Source: a virus. Taken from it: a stretch of 64,000 nt of DNA. The DNA is taken from IMG/VR virus record IMGVR_UViG_3300017991_000064, positions 1-64,000 of that record; one strand, given 5' to 3'. The notes beneath the pieces were generated by a model. The model had not been told where the DNA came from. It was given only the letters and a program-made list of their open reading frames with translations, and ran no database searches. How positions within the stretch are numbered: the first letter of the stretch is position 1; each line of letters begins with the position of its first letter. This document shows, piece after piece, positions 9,081 through 18,339 of this stretch. The position numbers and the translations under genes were made by a program.

Positions 9081-9120
9081 TTATGCCTCCTCCTAATTGA
9101 TCGTTGAGTTTTATTGTTAA

Positions 9121-9178
9121 GGTTTCCTACTAGTCAAGTCTAGAAATTAAATGTACCCAGCAAAGAGTCATTCAGGCA
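9121..9178 (-). repeat. Dispersed multi-box element, copy A
   Basis: TGCCTGAATGA-N15-ATTTAATTT-N12-AGTAGGAAACC. Confidence 0.8.
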
Positions 9179-9179
9179 C

Positions 9180-9347
9180 CTATGATTTAATCTTCTTTTT
9201 GTTTTTAGGTGATCTATGAATATCGGGATTCTGGGCAGGAGAGAAGCAATCGAGATATTCACAATGTCCACATAGCTTACCGCTGTTACTGCAGTAGTTA
9301 CAGGGATTCTTTCCATATTCCCTAAGTTTCTTTGCTACTGGATGCAT
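9180..9347 (-). CDS. Small Cys-rich protein (55 aa), not in ORF track
   Basis: AAGGAG RBS; MHPVAKKLREYGKNPCNYC...CGHC. Confidence 0.6.
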   Translation of the reverse strand: MHPVAKKLREYGKNPCNYCSNSGKLCGHCEYLDCFSPAQNPDIHRSPKNKKKIKS

Positions 9348-9486
9348 TATCTATTCTCCTTCTTTTATGACACTCTTGACATTCAACCTCACCTGTATAC
9401 TTTGTTTCATAGGTGCAGATGAAGAATCCACCACATTCACATTTGATCCTTTGCAATTCATAAAAAGCAATTTCTTGTTCTGTCAC
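9322..9486 (-). CDS. Zn-ribbon protein (54 aa), not in ORF track
   Basis: GTG start behind GGAGG; CEC...CQEC. Confidence 0.6.
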   Translation of the reverse strand: MTEQEIAFYELQRIKCECGGFFICTYETKYTGEVECQECHKRRRIDNASSSKET

Positions 9487-9818
9487 CTAGCCCTCCTCCT
9501 GGCCAATCGTACTGCCTTCCTCTTTGCTTTCTTCCTCTTATTTATGTTAGGTGATGGTTTATTTGCCTTCTCTCTATCCTTCGCTACGAATCCATTTTCT
9601 CTGCGTAGGAATTCATTCTCTTCTTTCTTCTTCAACCTGGCTATCTCTTCTGCCTTCTTCCTATCTTCAATACATTGCTTACACTTATAGATACGAGCTA
9701 CCCCTTGTCTTGTATCATATTTAAGTACCTGCTTACCACTTCCACTACTGTATCTAATACAAACTGGAATACAACATGCTGCTATCTCAAGATGGGGACA
9801 ATTTGTATCATAGTACAT
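9483..9818 (-). CDS. Cys-containing protein with basic tail
   Basis: Start moved to MYYDTNC behind GAGGT; ends KRKKAKRKAVRLARRRAR. Confidence 0.65.
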   Translation of the reverse strand: MYYDTNCPHLEIAACCIPVCIRYSSGSGKQVLKYDTRQGVARIYKCKQCIEDRKKAEEIARLKKKEENEFLRRENGFVAKDREKANKPSPNINKRKKAKRKAVRLARRRAR

Positions 9819-10089
9819 TATTACCTCTTCTTTTGTATAAGAGTTTCTTAACATGCTTTCTGAGTATCTTTCTTGCCTCCTCTTTAGCATCCTCATAGGT
9901 CTCATATCGTTTGTCAGTTACAGAATATGTAAACCCGGGTAGGGCACAATTCATTTTAATGTGAGGTCCTTTATAACCCTTTGGTGCGGCTGCATCCCAG
10001 TAGAGTATGAACAAACAATCACCACCAACGAAACCTCTGGTTGATGAAGATGTAGTTTTCCACTCAATCTCTTTGATTCGATATCCCAT
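9808..10089 (-). CDS. Hypothetical protein (paralogue of 16003-16233)
   Basis: KEIxW...LFxLxW...LP...AKxxA pattern; GGAGG RBS. Confidence 0.7.
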   Translation of the reverse strand: MGYRIKEIEWKTTSSSTRGFVGGDCLFILYWDAAAPKGYKGPHIKMNCALPGFTYSVTDKRYETYEDAKEEARKILRKHVKKLLYKRRGNNVL

Positions 10090-10106
10090 TCAATCCTCCT
10101 CTGATC

Positions 10107-10772
10107 TCATTCGTCAGCTAACTCTAGAAGTTTATCCTGGACCCAATTTTCTACTTTAGACATCATTAACTTATATGCTCTCTCGTGTTCTGTGGAGTGA
10201 TATACAGTAGCAGCAGGGACATAGTCACGAAGCTTTTTATAATGGTGTATCACTAATCTTACTATATCTTCACTATAGAAAAGTTCAATACCATCCATAC
10301 GTAAAGCTACCCAGGGGAAATGGTATTTTTTACCATAAGCCCGAACTTTTGCACAGGCTTCTCGTAGGGGTAGTTCAGAGTATGATTGCTGATAGACATA
10401 TGCATGTATTAATGGTAACAATGGGAGGTATGCCTCAAATGCTTTCCCCTGGTCCTCCATGTACCATTGCATACAATCAAAAGCGAAACGTCGAAGTTGC
10501 CACTTATCCAAGAATAATCCAGGAATGGTAACTAGGGCCATATACAGTGTACCATACATGAAATCAAACCGTTGCAGATTCGGGTGGGTCAACACACCAA
10601 GCATAGTAGGTTCACAATAGTTAGACAAGTCTTTAAGGCAGGTATCGCGCATTTCCGGCGTAAAATGAAGATAATCAGTCCCGGCCGGAAGACCACATTG
10701 TACTTCAGACAAAGGTACTTTTTTTTGAAAATGTTTTTGCCCAAACCCTTTTTGATCAATGTTACTTTCCAT
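10107..10772 (-). CDS. Hypothetical protein
   Basis: 221 aa, GGAGG RBS. Confidence 0.75.
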   Translation of the reverse strand: MESNIDQKGFGQKHFQKKVPLSEVQCGLPAGTDYLHFTPEMRDTCLKDLSNYCEPTMLGVLTHPNLQRFDFMYGTLYMALVTIPGLFLDKWQLRRFAFDCMQWYMEDQGKAFEAYLPLLPLIHAYVYQQSYSELPLREACAKVRAYGKKYHFPWVALRMDGIELFYSEDIVRLVIHHYKKLRDYVPAATVYHSTEHERAYKLMMSKVENWVQDKLLELADE

Positions 10773-10970
10773 TCAATCCTCCAGAAGATGTGTTCCCTTT
10801 CTGAACTCATATCTTGATTTATTGATCCTGTCCATCAATGCTCTGATGTTCGCCTCATGTTCCAGCTCATTCCTACCTCTTGCCGTTAACATAGCACCCA
10901 TGAGGAATGGGATAGCATCATCCAACTGAATCATAACCCTCTTCAGAAATTGTTCATTGATTGTTACCAT
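10773..10970 (-). CDS. Hypothetical protein
   Basis: 65 aa, operon tiling. Confidence 0.6.
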   Translation of the reverse strand: MVTINEQFLKRVMIQLDDAIPFLMGAMLTARGRNELEHEANIRALMDRINKSRYEFRKGTHLLED

Positions 10971-11382
10971 GAGATGACCCCTTAATCAATTTTTCGAGAG
11001 CTTCATCTGCGGCTCTATTCTTTATCACATTGTCGTAGTTATACTTGCTTACAAATTCGGTTGCCTGCTCAATTGTCCAGTTATGTTCTGCTGCAAACCT
11101 ACAGAGTTTGCAAGGGATATACGCAGATGTATTGATTTCTTGTATCGCCTCAGGGCTAAGTTCCAATTCAGTATAATTAGGATCACCCTTCCAATCTATT
11201 GGTTCCTTTTCTTCCAATTTACTGGATGTGGGATGTTGATATTCTTTTAGTCGTTCTTGTCGGAACCTATCACAAACAGATAATCCATCCTCAAGAATGA
11301 AATGTGATGTCCTCGTAATGATACCCTTGAAATCACTGAAACACCTTATCCAACCGCGTGAAAGCTTGGTTTCCTTCTGCAT
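10954..11382 (-). CDS. Hypothetical protein
   Basis: Start MQKETK behind GAGG; H...C...CKLC possible Zn site. Confidence 0.65.
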   Translation of the reverse strand: MQKETKLSRGWIRCFSDFKGIITRTSHFILEDGLSVCDRFRQERLKEYQHPTSSKLEEKEPIDWKGDPNYTELELSPEAIQEINTSAYIPCKLCRFAAEHNWTIEQATEFVSKYNYDNVIKNRAADEALEKLIKGSSHGNNQ

Positions 11383-11387
11383 GTTCC

Positions 11388-11561
11388 TCACCCCCTTCCA
11401 AATCCTACACCGCAACCATGATCGTCTCCATCAAAATCTTTTGTCAATGGTTCTTTTAGTTCTTGAGATAGTTTATCCAGCTTCTTCGAGATCTCATTTA
11501 GGTCTGAAAGAATCGCCTGAAGCTTTTTAACTGTTTTCTCTCGTGGTGTTTCAAAAGGCAT
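11388..11561 (-). CDS. Small coiled-coil protein
   Basis: GGAGG RBS before MPFET. Confidence 0.55.
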   Translation of the reverse strand: MPFETPREKTVKKLQAILSDLNEISKKLDKLSQELKEPLTKDFDGDDHGCGVGFGRG

Positions 11562-11571
11562 AGTTAACCTC

Positions 11572-11949
11572 CTACCATAGGAATCGCACATTTGGTAATC
11601 CTGAGAAGCGGGACTTTAATCTCTTACATATTAGCTTCTCCCAGATTCCATATTTATTAGCCAAACCTGAACCCAGCTTCGATATTAAAAAGGTTTTATC
11701 TGGATTCAATTCGATGAACCTGTTTAAGTTCCATAGTTCTGCCAAGAGAACTGGGAGATACTCCTCAACAGTGTAGAATGAGCTATCCTCATTGTTGGGT
11801 AACTTCTTTGTTATGAAACCGTAGGTGTTGGGATGGTCTCTCAATGCTGCAGCACCGCCATGACCTTGCCGTAGTCTATTATCACCGAAGACAAAGATGT
11901 GGTCTGGATGTTCTCTTAGGTAGTCAGATGTAATTTCATTCTCCCCCAT
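11572..11949 (-). CDS. Conserved-type phage protein (IFVFGDN...G.GGAA family)
   Basis: IFVFGDNRLRQGHGGAAALR...YGFITK...SKLGSGLA motif; function unknown. Confidence 0.65.
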   Translation of the reverse strand: MGENEITSDYLREHPDHIFVFGDNRLRQGHGGAAALRDHPNTYGFITKKLPNNEDSSFYTVEEYLPVLLAELWNLNRFIELNPDKTFLISKLGSGLANKYGIWEKLICKRLKSRFSGLPNVRFLW

Positions 11950-11958
11950 GATACCCGC

Positions 11959-12450
11959 CTACCTAGGATTTGGTTTCGATGGTTTCCTGGAACCTTTTGG
12001 TCGTGCAGGTTTTATGAATCCATTCTTGCACCTGGTAATTCTATTGCTATCAGATACCTTTCTTGCCAACCAGTCCCTCCTCTTTTTCTTTAACTCCTGG
12101 AGCCCTGTCTCCTCTTTCTCCCCTTCATCCTTCAGTGACTTCTGGTATACCAGTTGTCGTCTGAGAAGGATGGCTACAGCAATCAACTTCTCAACTTCCT
12201 TGATATTCATAGCCGTGGGCTCTGGAGCACTTCCGATGTTGTCGGTGAGATCTGACATTACGTCCATCAGGTCCTCAACATCATTGCTGTTATAGAGTTG
12301 GTCACCTGGAATGAACCAACTGTCATCTGAGGCGGTGAATGTGATACCTCCCATCTCGTCATTGAAGAAATCCTTCATGACACTATGTAAGTTATCCAAC
12401 ATCCATTCGACATCTGTTTTGTAATCGTAGTTCTGTTTTTCATTACTCAT
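11959..12450 (-). CDS. Hypothetical protein
   Basis: GAGGAGG RBS before MSNEK. Confidence 0.7.
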   Translation of the reverse strand: MSNEKQNYDYKTDVEWMLDNLHSVMKDFFNDEMGGITFTASDDSWFIPGDQLYNSNDVEDLMDVMSDLTDNIGSAPEPTAMNIKEVEKLIAVAILLRRQLVYQKSLKDEGEKEETGLQELKKKRRDWLARKVSDSNRITRCKNGFIKPARPKGSRKPSKPNPR

Positions 12451-12685
12451 CATCATCCTCCTCGTCATCATCGTCTATCTCTTCAGATGCTCCTACTGTG
12501 AAGGTAGCTTCCAGTCGTTCGAGACAAGATGCACATAGGTGGTGCTCTAGATCCTTCATTTCAGAAGGCTGAAAGAACCTGAACATTTTCTCACCGCCAT
12601 CACCAATGATCTTCTGCAAAGCCCAGATTACACCACCCTCACTGGTGTTCGAACAAAGATCACATTTGTAAACTATTTCCTTCAT
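12443..12685 (-). CDS. Zn-finger protein (CDLC...HLCxxC family)
   Basis: 80 aa, GGAGG RBS. Confidence 0.7.
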   Translation of the reverse strand: MKEIVYKCDLCSNTSEGGVIWALQKIIGDGGEKMFRFFQPSEMKDLEHHLCASCLERLEATFTVGASEEIDDDDEEDDDE

Positions 12686-12694
12686 GGTACCTCC

Positions 12695-13096
12695 TCAGTC
12701 CCAGAGTATGGGAAGTATGTTAGAGAGATCCTCTAGTATGAGAATTGAATCCTCTCCAGAATCCCAGGCATCAGAGAAGACAACCTTGGTACAGCTAGTG
12801 AGGGTCATGTTCTTAACACTGGTCTCACCCCTGGGTACCTTGATTGGGATGTGTCTGTGAGTCTGTATCTCAAGGTACTGGATTTTGTGAAGGTTGATGA
12901 AGCATCTCCTGACCCAGAATTCTGATTTTCCTTCTCTTCCACCTATCTGTACCTCCTCAATCCTGTTCACCGCTACCATCAGCGGCATACTAACAGTTGG
13001 GAACTCTGACCTTACCTGCGGTGCTGAGGTGATTGCTGATCCCCCCTTTGGTGGTGTCCGTTTCGGTTTAGGTACTTTTGGTTTTGGTCGTGGCAT
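12695..13096 (-). CDS. Hypothetical protein
   Basis: 133 aa, GGAGGAGG RBS. Confidence 0.7.
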   Translation of the reverse strand: MPRPKPKVPKPKRTPPKGGSAITSAPQVRSEFPTVSMPLMVAVNRIEEVQIGGREGKSEFWVRRCFINLHKIQYLEIQTHRHIPIKVPRGETSVKNMTLTSCTKVVFSDAWDSGEDSILILEDLSNILPILWD

Positions 13097-13169
13097 TTTT
13101 CCTCCTCCTACTTGGTTTCTTCGTTTCTCTGTTTCCTACGTGGCATTGTCAACCTCCAATATGTTATTT

Positions 13170-13198
13170 AATATAGAAAGAGAAATGGGTAGCATAAA
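13170..13198 (-). promoter_or_regulatory. Sigma70-type promoter
   Basis: (G)TTTATG-N17-TATATT. Confidence 0.5.
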
Positions 13199-13219
13199 CT
13201 GACTATGGAAAACGAGATA

Positions 13220-13903
13220 TTATATTCTGTTGAGGAAACTCTTCACCGACACAAAACCAGCAGGATTAATATAACGCTTGACCAGAGATTCCTCAATGGC
13301 ATGCATCTCATAACGCTCTAACTGTTGTACCAGAAAGGCAGATACCACAAGAGAGAACTTCAATTGGTCACGCTGGGATTTCAGTTTATTGAGTCTCTGA
13401 TTAAAGGTTCTGGTTACAATATCATCCTCTTGCTGCTCATCATTTCCGTCATTGGTTTTCACACTACTCTTTATAATCGATGTTACCTTTATTTTCTTCT
13501 CTAACTTCTGGATCTGTTCGTTAGACTTCTTATCAGCCTCAACGCAGGCCTTCTTAATATCCCAAAGAATATTATCATCAGCAGAGATACCCTGTTTCAT
13601 GTAATCATCAATGCACTCTTGTATCATCATCTCGAGTATATTGATTGCGTGGTCTACAATGCTCTTTCCACCACCCTTGTTCATTGTCTCATCATACACC
13701 AACCTAGTTTCTGGATGGATGAGAGTATGGTATGCCTCAACTACAGCGACCTGTTGTTCGTGACTACCCCCTTCCACATCAGGGTGTGTTTCTTTCGATC
13801 GTTTCTTATATGCTTTCTTGATCTCTTCCTCTGTAGCATCCTTCTCTACTCCCAGGACATCATAGAGTGTTTGAGCTTCGAAACTCGGTTTCTGTGGTCC
13901 CAT
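13220..13903 (-). CDS. J-domain (DnaJ-like) protein
   Basis: LYDVLGVEKDATEEEIKKAYKK...HPD followed by coiled coil. Confidence 0.9.
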   Translation of the reverse strand: MGPQKPSFEAQTLYDVLGVEKDATEEEIKKAYKKRSKETHPDVEGGSHEQQVAVVEAYHTLIHPETRLVYDETMNKGGGKSIVDHAINILEMMIQECIDDYMKQGISADDNILWDIKKACVEADKKSNEQIQKLEKKIKVTSIIKSSVKTNDGNDEQQEDDIVTRTFNQRLNKLKSQRDQLKFSLVVSAFLVQQLERYEMHAIEESLVKRYINPAGFVSVKSFLNRI

Positions 13904-14125
13904 TCATTCACTCCTTATCTTGGAATCTACTGGAAGAATACCCAATCTTTCCTCGTATTTCCGACATGTTTTTTCAAGAACATGTACGTACATATTAAAG
14001 TCTGCTCTGGCCTGTACACCGAATGGTTCCCACTGGTCACAGAAAGGGAGCTCCCCACTATGGCCCTCTCTTCCACCTGGGCATAGACCCGTTTTGAATG
14101 AATTACAATTTTCACAGTTTCTCAT
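13904..14125 (-). CDS. Cys-rich hypothetical protein
   Basis: CENC...C...C; RBS present. Confidence 0.6.
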   Translation of the reverse strand: MRNCENCNSFKTGLCPGGREGHSGELPFCDQWEPFGVQARADFNMYVHVLEKTCRKYEERLGILPVDSKIRSE

Positions 14126-14319
14126 TCCTTACCCTCCTTCAATTTCTGTTCACTGAGAAAAGTGAAACCTAACCCAATGAGAAGTACGAAACGTTTATTT
14201 CCCTTCTCTGATAACATCTCTATACAGGGAATACCAGTAAAGGTTGTTACACTACATCTGTCAATCTTCGAACCTTCCAGTAGATGTAGGTTATCCTTCT
14301 TGATCTCAATTACTTCCAT
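14122..14319 (-). CDS. Hypothetical protein
   Basis: 65 aa, operon tiling. Confidence 0.6.
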   Translation of the reverse strand: MEVIEIKKDNLHLLEGSKIDRCSVTTFTGIPCIEMLSEKGNKRFVLLIGLGFTFLSEQKLKEGKE

Positions 14320-14516
14320 ACCTCAGCCTCCCTCTTAAAATGAAACTCATTTAGGTACCTGTACTTTGCATTCTTGTCTCCAATGAATGATGGTGGAATT
14401 ACCATATCACGAACCTTTATAATTCCATGCAAATGCTTACACCCAATCTTCTGATTACATAGCTTTCCGCAGAGTGGGCAGGTACATTGTTTGTTCACCC
14501 TGAGTAGCCTTATCAT
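14310..14516 (-). CDS. Small Zn-binding protein (paralogue of 6536-6784)
   Basis: CTCPLC...CKH. Confidence 0.65.
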   Translation of the reverse strand: MIRLLRVNKQCTCPLCGKLCNQKIGCKHLHGIIKVRDMVIPPSFIGDKNAKYRYLNEFHFKREAEVWK

Positions 14517-14825
14517 TCATGCCCCCCTGCTAATTTCCACGGATGCCCATTGCCTGATGCTGTTATGGTGAGCGGGGAAAGTAAGGGTATTCTCAAACTG
14601 ACAACCATAAATACTCACCTTTGCACAGAGGTACCCAGCAATGAAATTGCTGATGCACGCTTGTACGTCAGTCTGGCAAAGTGACGATTCAGGTTCAGCA
14701 CGGAATGCCAGTGATGCACTAACGGCTGTGTAGCGTGTGGTAAGCTCCAGCAGCTCGACTTTGTGCCTTGCTTTCACTACCTGTTGTAAGCTCTTAAACA
14801 ATGCCTCATAAAATTCTCTATCCAT
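14517..14825 (-). CDS. Hypothetical protein
   Basis: GGAGG RBS. Confidence 0.65.
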   Translation of the reverse strand: MDREFYEALFKSLQQVVKARHKVELLELTTRYTAVSASLAFRAEPESSLCQTDVQACISNFIAGYLCAKVSIYGCQFENTLTFPAHHNSIRQWASVEISRGA

Positions 14826-14835
14826 TGTTTACCTC

Positions 14836-15117
14836 CTAGGTTGTTTCCTGGAAAAGCTGTTTGGTTGGTTTCCACGGTTTCTGAAATGCAGTATATTCCA
14901 ATCCAGTAATTCTCCTAGCCTCTGGATCGGTCCATTTCACATCTGAGAATATTTTCTTACTACATCCGAGATAGATGATCTGATCCTCAAACTCCTGATG
15001 CTCTTTCCTGAGAACCCATGTTTCCCTAGTGATACTCTTTACTGGCTTTCTGGGGTAAAGGTATAAACCACCATCTGGCTCTCTGGCTACATATAGGGAT
15101 CGAAGTGCTGACATCAT
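14836..15117 (-). CDS. Hypothetical phage protein
   Basis: YVAREPDGGLYLYPRKP...VKWTDPEAR pattern typical of small phage proteins. Confidence 0.7.
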   Translation of the reverse strand: MMSALRSLYVAREPDGGLYLYPRKPVKSITRETWVLRKEHQEFEDQIIYLGCSKKIFSDVKWTDPEARRITGLEYTAFQKPWKPTKQLFQETT

Positions 15118-15122
15118 TCCTC

Positions 15123-15425
15123 CTATTCGAATATCTCGTCCTTTACCTTCTGATACAATGCAGGATCACAGAAGGAGAACATCTCATGCCATAGTGCAGC
15201 AAAGCAATCTGTTAACCAGATATCCTTTCCATTGAGTTTCTCTCCTTTCGCTAAAGCCTTGATCGGCTCCTGATAGTTATCATCGATCTGAGAGTATCGT
15301 ACCTCATAACGATATTTCAGAGCACCCCTGACCAATGATACCAGAACACCCAGTGTCAGATGAGCTACAGGTTCAAAGAGTTTCCTCTTTAGGTCCGCTT
15401 CGATCATTCTTTCATCAACTCCCAT
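15123..15425 (-). CDS. Hypothetical protein
   Basis: AGGAGG RBS. Confidence 0.7.
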   Translation of the reverse strand: MGVDERMIEADLKRKLFEPVAHLTLGVLVSLVRGALKYRYEVRYSQIDDNYQEPIKALAKGEKLNGKDIWLTDCFAALWHEMFSFCDPALYQKVKDEIFE

Positions 15426-15437
15426 TTCCTACCTCCT

Positions 15438-15707
15438 TTATTTTCTTCTTTCAAACTTACCTGGAATCTGTTCCATTCTATCCAGTACCTCCTTATCCTC
15501 CCTGAACATAGCTTTGATAAAGGCCATCTCTATCTCAGCTACCAAACTTTCATTCTCTGGTTTCAGTGGATCAAAGGTTGGGAACATAACCTTAATGGCC
15601 CCGGTTAAGTAACCCTGAAACTCTTTGTTCCCGGTGGCAGAAAGGTGAAGTGCACTGTATAGTGATTCCAACCTTTCCCTGTCAATGGTTTGGTTTACCT
15701 TGGGCAT
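15438..15707 (-). CDS. Hypothetical protein
   Basis: GGAGG RBS, first gene after a promoter. Confidence 0.7.
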   Translation of the reverse strand: MPKVNQTIDRERLESLYSALHLSATGNKEFQGYLTGAIKVMFPTFDPLKPENESLVAEIEMAFIKAMFREDKEVLDRMEQIPGKFERRK

Positions 15708-15740
15708 AGCAGTACCTCCCCGATTTGGTTTTATAGGTAT

Positions 15741-15769
15741 ATTATAATATAAAAGGGGGTTAAAGTAAA
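15741..15769 (-). promoter_or_regulatory. Sigma70-type early promoter
   Basis: (G)TTTACT-N17-TATAAT. Confidence 0.7.
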
Positions 15770-15948
15770 CGGACCTGTTTAAGGTGGTTATTTGGCCGTA
15801 TAGGAGATTTGTTTTATCCCACCTAAGGGTTACCCTAGCTGTTGGGTTAAAAGTTCCATAGCAGCTAAATTTGAGCTCCTAGCGGGTGGGATATGACTAG
15901 GCTATATGTATATGATAGAGTATAGGGGAATACAGAATGGTATATACA

Positions 15949-15979
15949 CAAAAGAAGGGGTGATAATGTACCACCCCTA
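15949..15979 (-). terminator. Rho-independent terminator
   Basis: GGGGTG/CACCCC stem followed by CTTCTTTT on the minus strand. Confidence 0.6.
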
Positions 15980-16002
15980 AGCATTACCCTCTGTGTTTGA
16001 AT

Positions 16003-16233
16003 CTATGCTGTTACTTTTGTAAGGAAGAACATGAGAAGTTCATTGGCCTTCATCTTAGCCTTATCTGGGTCACTGAAGCGGACATGTGGCTTCATCTTAA
16101 TTGGTAGATGTGATCGTAGAAGATACCCACCACCGGTTGATGACCATTCTATATCGAACAGTGTTATACTAGCAATCTTGCCTGTGAAGGTACCATACTT
16201 TCCCTCTGACCAGGTAATCTCTTTATGAGTCAT
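16003..16233 (-). CDS. Hypothetical protein (paralogue of 9808-10089)
   Basis: GGAGG RBS; shared motif pattern. Confidence 0.7.
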   Translation of the reverse strand: MTHKEITWSEGKYGTFTGKIASITLFDIEWSSTGGGYLLRSHLPIKMKPHVRFSDPDKAKMKANELLMFFLTKVTA

Positions 16234-16242
16234 TGATCCTCC

Positions 16243-16449
16243 CTATGCTGTTGGCCAGTTGTTAGCAATGAACCTGAGTTTCTCCTTTCTGTATCCGGGA
16301 TCGTTAAGACAGAAGAGGAGACGCCTCCGATCATTGGGAAATCCCTTGAGTCTGGTTTCCATCATATCAATCAGTACCTGGAGTGTGGCTGTTGTGATTG
16401 GATTGTGGATTTCATGTTGTCCTGCTATGAGTCTTTTTCTGGTGGTCAT
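16243..16449 (-). CDS. Hypothetical protein
   Basis: GGAGG RBS. Confidence 0.65.
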   Translation of the reverse strand: MTTRKRLIAGQHEIHNPITTATLQVLIDMMETRLKGFPNDRRRLLFCLNDPGYRKEKLRFIANNWPTA

Positions 16450-16778
16450 TAGTTACCTCCCTCTTCCTGGTCCTCCTCATTGAAAGCCTTAGCCCAGGTC
16501 TTCTTGATTGCTGCGTTGAGCCTCTTCCTCAGCTCTGGCGTCAGTGTCAGATCGTCGATAATGGATTGAGCTAAGGTCAGCCGGCAGTGGATACAGATGT
16601 GGAGATGACCTTCACTGTTGATCTCATCTTCAACATCTGCGAGCATGATGTTCGGTGAACCGTTAGCCTCCGCCTCTGGTTTGATCAGTTCATCGATAGT
16701 TCCGTAGTGATGATTGCTGAGAGGAGTTTGAAACTCCCTTTGACAGAGATCACAAACATAGACTTCCTTCTTACTCAT
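16449..16778 (-). CDS. Zn-finger protein (CDLC...HICxxC family)
   Basis: GGAGG RBS. Confidence 0.7.
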   Translation of the reverse strand: MSKKEVYVCDLCQREFQTPLSNHHYGTIDELIKPEAEANGSPNIMLADVEDEINSEGHLHICIHCRLTLAQSIIDDLTLTPELRKRLNAAIKKTWAKAFNEEDQEEGGN

Positions 16779-16788
16779 TGGTTACCTC

Positions 16789-16986
16789 CTATCCTTCCTC
16801 TACATTAACGATTGATGATGGTGCCCCTGAGACAAAAGCATAATAACTATGTTCTGCTGAGGTAGCAATATCCTTGGCCATCTGTTTGGCTTTCTTCTTA
16901 CTGCTAGCTTTGATATTGACGAATACGGTTACCTTCATCTCTACCCGGTAATCCTTGAGTTCCTCTGTCTTAGTTAGACTTCCCAT
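16789..16986 (-). CDS. Hypothetical protein
   Basis: GGAGG RBS. Confidence 0.65.
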   Translation of the reverse strand: MGSLTKTEELKDYRVEMKVTVFVNIKASSKKKAKQMAKDIATSAEHSYYAFVSGAPSSIVNVEEG

Positions 16987-16989
16987 TGG

Positions 16990-18339
16990 TTACCTCCCAA
17001 TTGATTTAATGAAATGCCTCTTCAGGGTTCTCTTGTTTATCTTACAGGCTTTGGCAGTATCCTTTATTGTCTTGAACCAGGTTGTCCCCATGAGCTCCAG
17101 TCCAGCGTTGATACGTTCGGTGGTATCCATTCCTTCAATGTTATCAATCAGGTTGGAGAGACGAATGGATTCATTGATGTTGCTGGTGGTAATGAACTCT
17201 GTGGGAATGATGTCAAAATCTTCTGTTGGATTATACCTTCTGGTTCGTTCCCCCTCTTGCTTCAAATACTTAAAGATGTATTTCTTGAAGCTGATGAATA
17301 GGTAATCTTCGCTGTTGAGAAGTTCAGCGAATACCTTAGGGTTCTTTCTGGCGAGAACCTTTAAGGTGATGAACTCATGGATGATCTCTTCATTGACATA
17401 CCTGAGATGGACTCTGCTGTAGGTGTAGAGTTTCTGGTAGAGTGAGTTGAGTAATGCTTCGTTGGTACGGTTGCGTTCTTCAATGGTCATGTTCTTGTTC
17501 ACCTTTGCCTTGGTTAAAGATGAAAAGGACGAGGACCCTTTCGGGCCCCCGTTCCTGTTGGTGGTTTTCTTTGAGTTGGTCATGCTGCCTTTGCTTTCTT
17601 TTCCTTTTTCTGTTTTGCCTTCTGTTCCGGTTCGCCGAAGTGACCTCCTGTTCTTTTTCTTGTTCTTCTTGGTTTCCTTCTTCTGCTTCTCTGCGTTTCT
17701 CTTTTGCCTCTTCTTCGTGGTCTCCTTCTTGCCCTTTCCTTCCTTGGCCTTGATCTTCCTGAGAAGCCTTCTGAGCCTCTTCTTCAGGTACTTGACTGAG
17801 TCATCCTTTTCCTTTGACAGGAGGTAGAGGTGCTTGAACTGATCTGCTGTGACTCCCTGTTCGAGTACCTTCTCCTTCAGTGCCTTGAGTTCTGCCTTGT
17901 TGGAAAACTTGGTTACCTTCGTACTCTTCTTTGCTGCCTTGGCTTCTTCCTTCTTGCGGTTTTTGTTTTTGGCCATGTTGTCCTCCGATTCAATTTGGTT
18001 TTTGGGTTCTGAGTCTTTCATCTGCTCTTTGAGTAATGCCTTCCGTTCTGCCCTTCTCTTTCTTCGTACCTCCTTCTTTGTTTGGTTTATTTTATCAGTT
18101 TCCTTATCTGTTTGTAAACGTTTGTCCTGATCCTTGCACCATTGCTTGTAGCGTTTTGATTTGTATCCCTTTGCTATTTTCTCTTTCAGGTATGGTGGTG
18201 TAGATTCACCTTCGAGATAGTAGTCAATGTATTCCTGTACCTCCTTTTGGGTCATCCCTAATACTTCTCCGAGTTTTCTGAGATGTGCCTCCAGTGCTGG
18301 TGTGATATTCCTACCGTGTGTTGCTGCTGGTCCTACCAT
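16990..18339 (-). CDS. Lys-rich protein with C-terminal sigma-like/HTH region
   Basis: 449 aa; C-terminal TIKDTAKACKINKRTLKRH helix-turn-helix and region-2-like helices; internal RBS and ATG at 17976. Confidence 0.5.
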   Translation of the reverse strand: MVGPAATHGRNITPALEAHLRKLGEVLGMTQKEVQEYIDYYLEGESTPPYLKEKIAKGYKSKRYKQWCKDQDKRLQTDKETDKINQTKKEVRRKRRAERKALLKEQMKDSEPKNQIESEDNMAKNKNRKKEEAKAAKKSTKVTKFSNKAELKALKEKVLEQGVTADQFKHLYLLSKEKDDSVKYLKKRLRRLLRKIKAKEGKGKKETTKKRQKRNAEKQKKETKKNKKKNRRSLRRTGTEGKTEKGKESKGSMTNSKKTTNRNGGPKGSSSFSSLTKAKVNKNMTIEERNRTNEALLNSLYQKLYTYSRVHLRYVNEEIIHEFITLKVLARKNPKVFAELLNSEDYLFISFKKYIFKYLKQEGERTRRYNPTEDFDIIPTEFITTSNINESIRLSNLIDNIEGMDTTERINAGLELMGTTWFKTIKDTAKACKINKRTLKRHFIKSIGR

